Positions 22,994 through 24,000 of a stretch of 24,000 bases of DNA are shown here, one piece after another. The position numbers and the translations under genes were made by a program. Each line of letters begins with the position of its first letter. The first letter of the stretch is position 1. The stretch is taken from contig JAEZHK010000063.1 in assembly GCA_023416655.1 (NCBI GenBank), positions 2,028 to 26,027 of the forward strand. Reading direction: 5' to 3'. Source of the DNA: Bacillota bacterium. GTDB lineage: Bacteria > Bacillota > Clostridia > Christensenellales > Aristaeellaceae. The notes beneath the pieces are model-generated. The model had not been told where the DNA came from and searched no databases. It worked only from the letters and a program-made list of their open reading frames with translations.

Positions 22994-23913
22994 GTTTTGT
23001 GGCGGGGTTCGGCATTGCGAACGTGGATTTTCTGTTCGGACATATGCCGCGGGTGCCCAAACCTGGTGAGGAGATCTATGCAAAGAGCTTTTCCCGGCAG
23101 TTGGGCGGCGGCCCGGTGGCGACGATGATTCAATTGGCCAGGCTTTCGGTGCCGGTGCGGCTGGCCACCTACGTGGGCAGCGGCGACATGAGCGCCTTCG
23201 TCCGGGAGCAGCTGGCCATGAACCGCGTGCCCTTCGTCAACATGCATGCGAGCCGCGAGGCGGAGCCCCTCAACGTCAGCAGCATCATCTCCTGCCCGGA
23301 GGACCGGGCGCTGGTCAGCTACAGGCCGCCTGAGGAGGCCTTCCGCGTGTCGGAGGACACCGTCTACCAGTTCTACAAGGGCGCGAAGGTGGCCTACGTC
23401 CAGCTGGAGCACGCGTCTCTGTGCAAGCGGCTCAAGCAGGAAGGCGCCATCGTGGTGATGGACTCCTTCTGGGACGACGGGCTGTGCATGGACTGGTATG
23501 AGGACGTGCTGCCCTATGTGGACTACTTTACCCCAAACGAAGTGGAAGCCTTGAAGATCACCGGCGCGGCCTCGGTGGAGGAGGCGCTGGAGCGCCTGAG
23601 CCAGCGGTTGCCGCTGGCGCTGATCAAGCTGAGCGAAAAGGGCTGTATCCTCCGGCATAATGGCGTAACGACGCACATTCCCGGCGTCGAGGTCAACTAC
23701 GTGGACGCCACCGGCGCGGGCGACGCGTTCCTGGCGGGGCTGCTCTACGGTCTCTTCTACGGCTACGGCCCGGAGGATTGCGTCCGGCTCGGCAACATCA
23801 CCGGCGCGAGCGCGGTCACCCGCATCGGATGCCTCGCCGCCGAGATGAACCGGAGGGAAATGCTCGCCCAGATGGAGGCGCACTACGGCATCCGGCTGCC
23901 CGAAGCGACATAA
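22990..23913 (+). CDS. PfkB/ribokinase-family carbohydrate kinase
   Basis: An ATGA overlap with the GH4 stop (ATG 22990) suggests coupling; a GTG at 22981 is an alternative start. The N-terminal motif is GGGPVA. The C-terminal ATP/anion-hole motif is VDATGAGDAFLAGLLYG. Confidence 0.85.
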   Translation: MSFVAGFGIANVDFLFGHMPRVPKPGEEIYAKSFSRQLGGGPVATMIQLARLSVPVRLATYVGSGDMSAFVREQLAMNRVPFVNMHASREAEPLNVSSIISCPEDRALVSYRPPEEAFRVSEDTVYQFYKGAKVAYVQLEHASLCKRLKQEGAIVVMDSFWDDGLCMDWYEDVLPYVDYFTPNEVEALKITGAASVEEALERLSQRLPLALIKLSEKGCILRHNGVTTHIPGVEVNYVDATGAGDAFLAGLLYGLFYGYGPEDCVRLGNITGASAVTRIGCLAAEMNRREMLAQMEAHYGIRLPEAT

Positions 23914-23936
23914 TCCGCCAGCCTCGGCGGCGGATT
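23912..23936 (+). terminator. Weak terminator candidate after the kinase gene
   Basis: aatccgcc (23912-23919), 9-nt loop, ggcggatt (23929-23936), then tcgacttcc. The T-tract is poor. Confidence 0.3.
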
Positions 23937-24000
23937 TCGACTTCCATCTGGCGCGAAGCGGATCGGGCTGATATAATAAAGGGAACCGCGCGGTTCACGG

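Noticed and set aside
1-24000. Search by eye for CRISPR arrays, tRNA/rRNA genes, transposase or integrase genes and terminal inverted repeats
   Set aside because: I recognised none. No regularly spaced repeats of 24 nt or more, no cloverleaf-like segments in intergenic regions, and no ORF with recombinase motifs were seen.

Overview
This window comes from a high-GC anaerobe with Gram-positive-style GGAGG ribosome-binding sites; all product calls rest on motif recognition by eye, with no database search. From about nt 980 to 13970 on the + strand lies one long operon for the carbonyl branch of the Wood-Ljungdahl pathway. Its gene order is cooT, a stand-alone MetH-type homocysteine-binding methyltransferase module, a single-barrel MetE-like zinc methyltransferase, two CooC-type Ni-insertion ATPases, Ni-CODH (acsA/cooS), an acetyl-CoA synthase fused in frame to the small corrinoid Fe-S protein subunit (AcsB-AcsD, 1178 aa), AcsC, a hairpin-dense 260-nt spacer, and the RACo reductive activase. 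No pterin-binding AcsE-type methyl-THF:CFeSP methyltransferase is present in the window. The two thiol methyltransferases occupying operon positions and the AcsB-AcsD fusion are the most unusual features. The 5' edge carries the 3' part of an AMP-forming acyl-CoA synthetase. The middle (13996-17913) holds an alpha/beta hydrolase preceded by a small signal-peptide ORF, a conspicuously AT-richer tRNA-dihydrouridine synthase gene, a secreted CAP/YkwD-like protein and a PIG-L family deacetylase. The right part is a sugar locus. On the minus strand it encodes a solute-binding protein and two permeases of a CUT1-type ABC transporter, and these diverge from a GH4 glycosidase and a PfkB kinase on the + strand. 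The shared control region has near-consensus promoters, palindromes and direct repeats. No rRNA, tRNA, CRISPR array or mobile element was recognised. Many long antisense ORFs in the track are high-GC artefacts.
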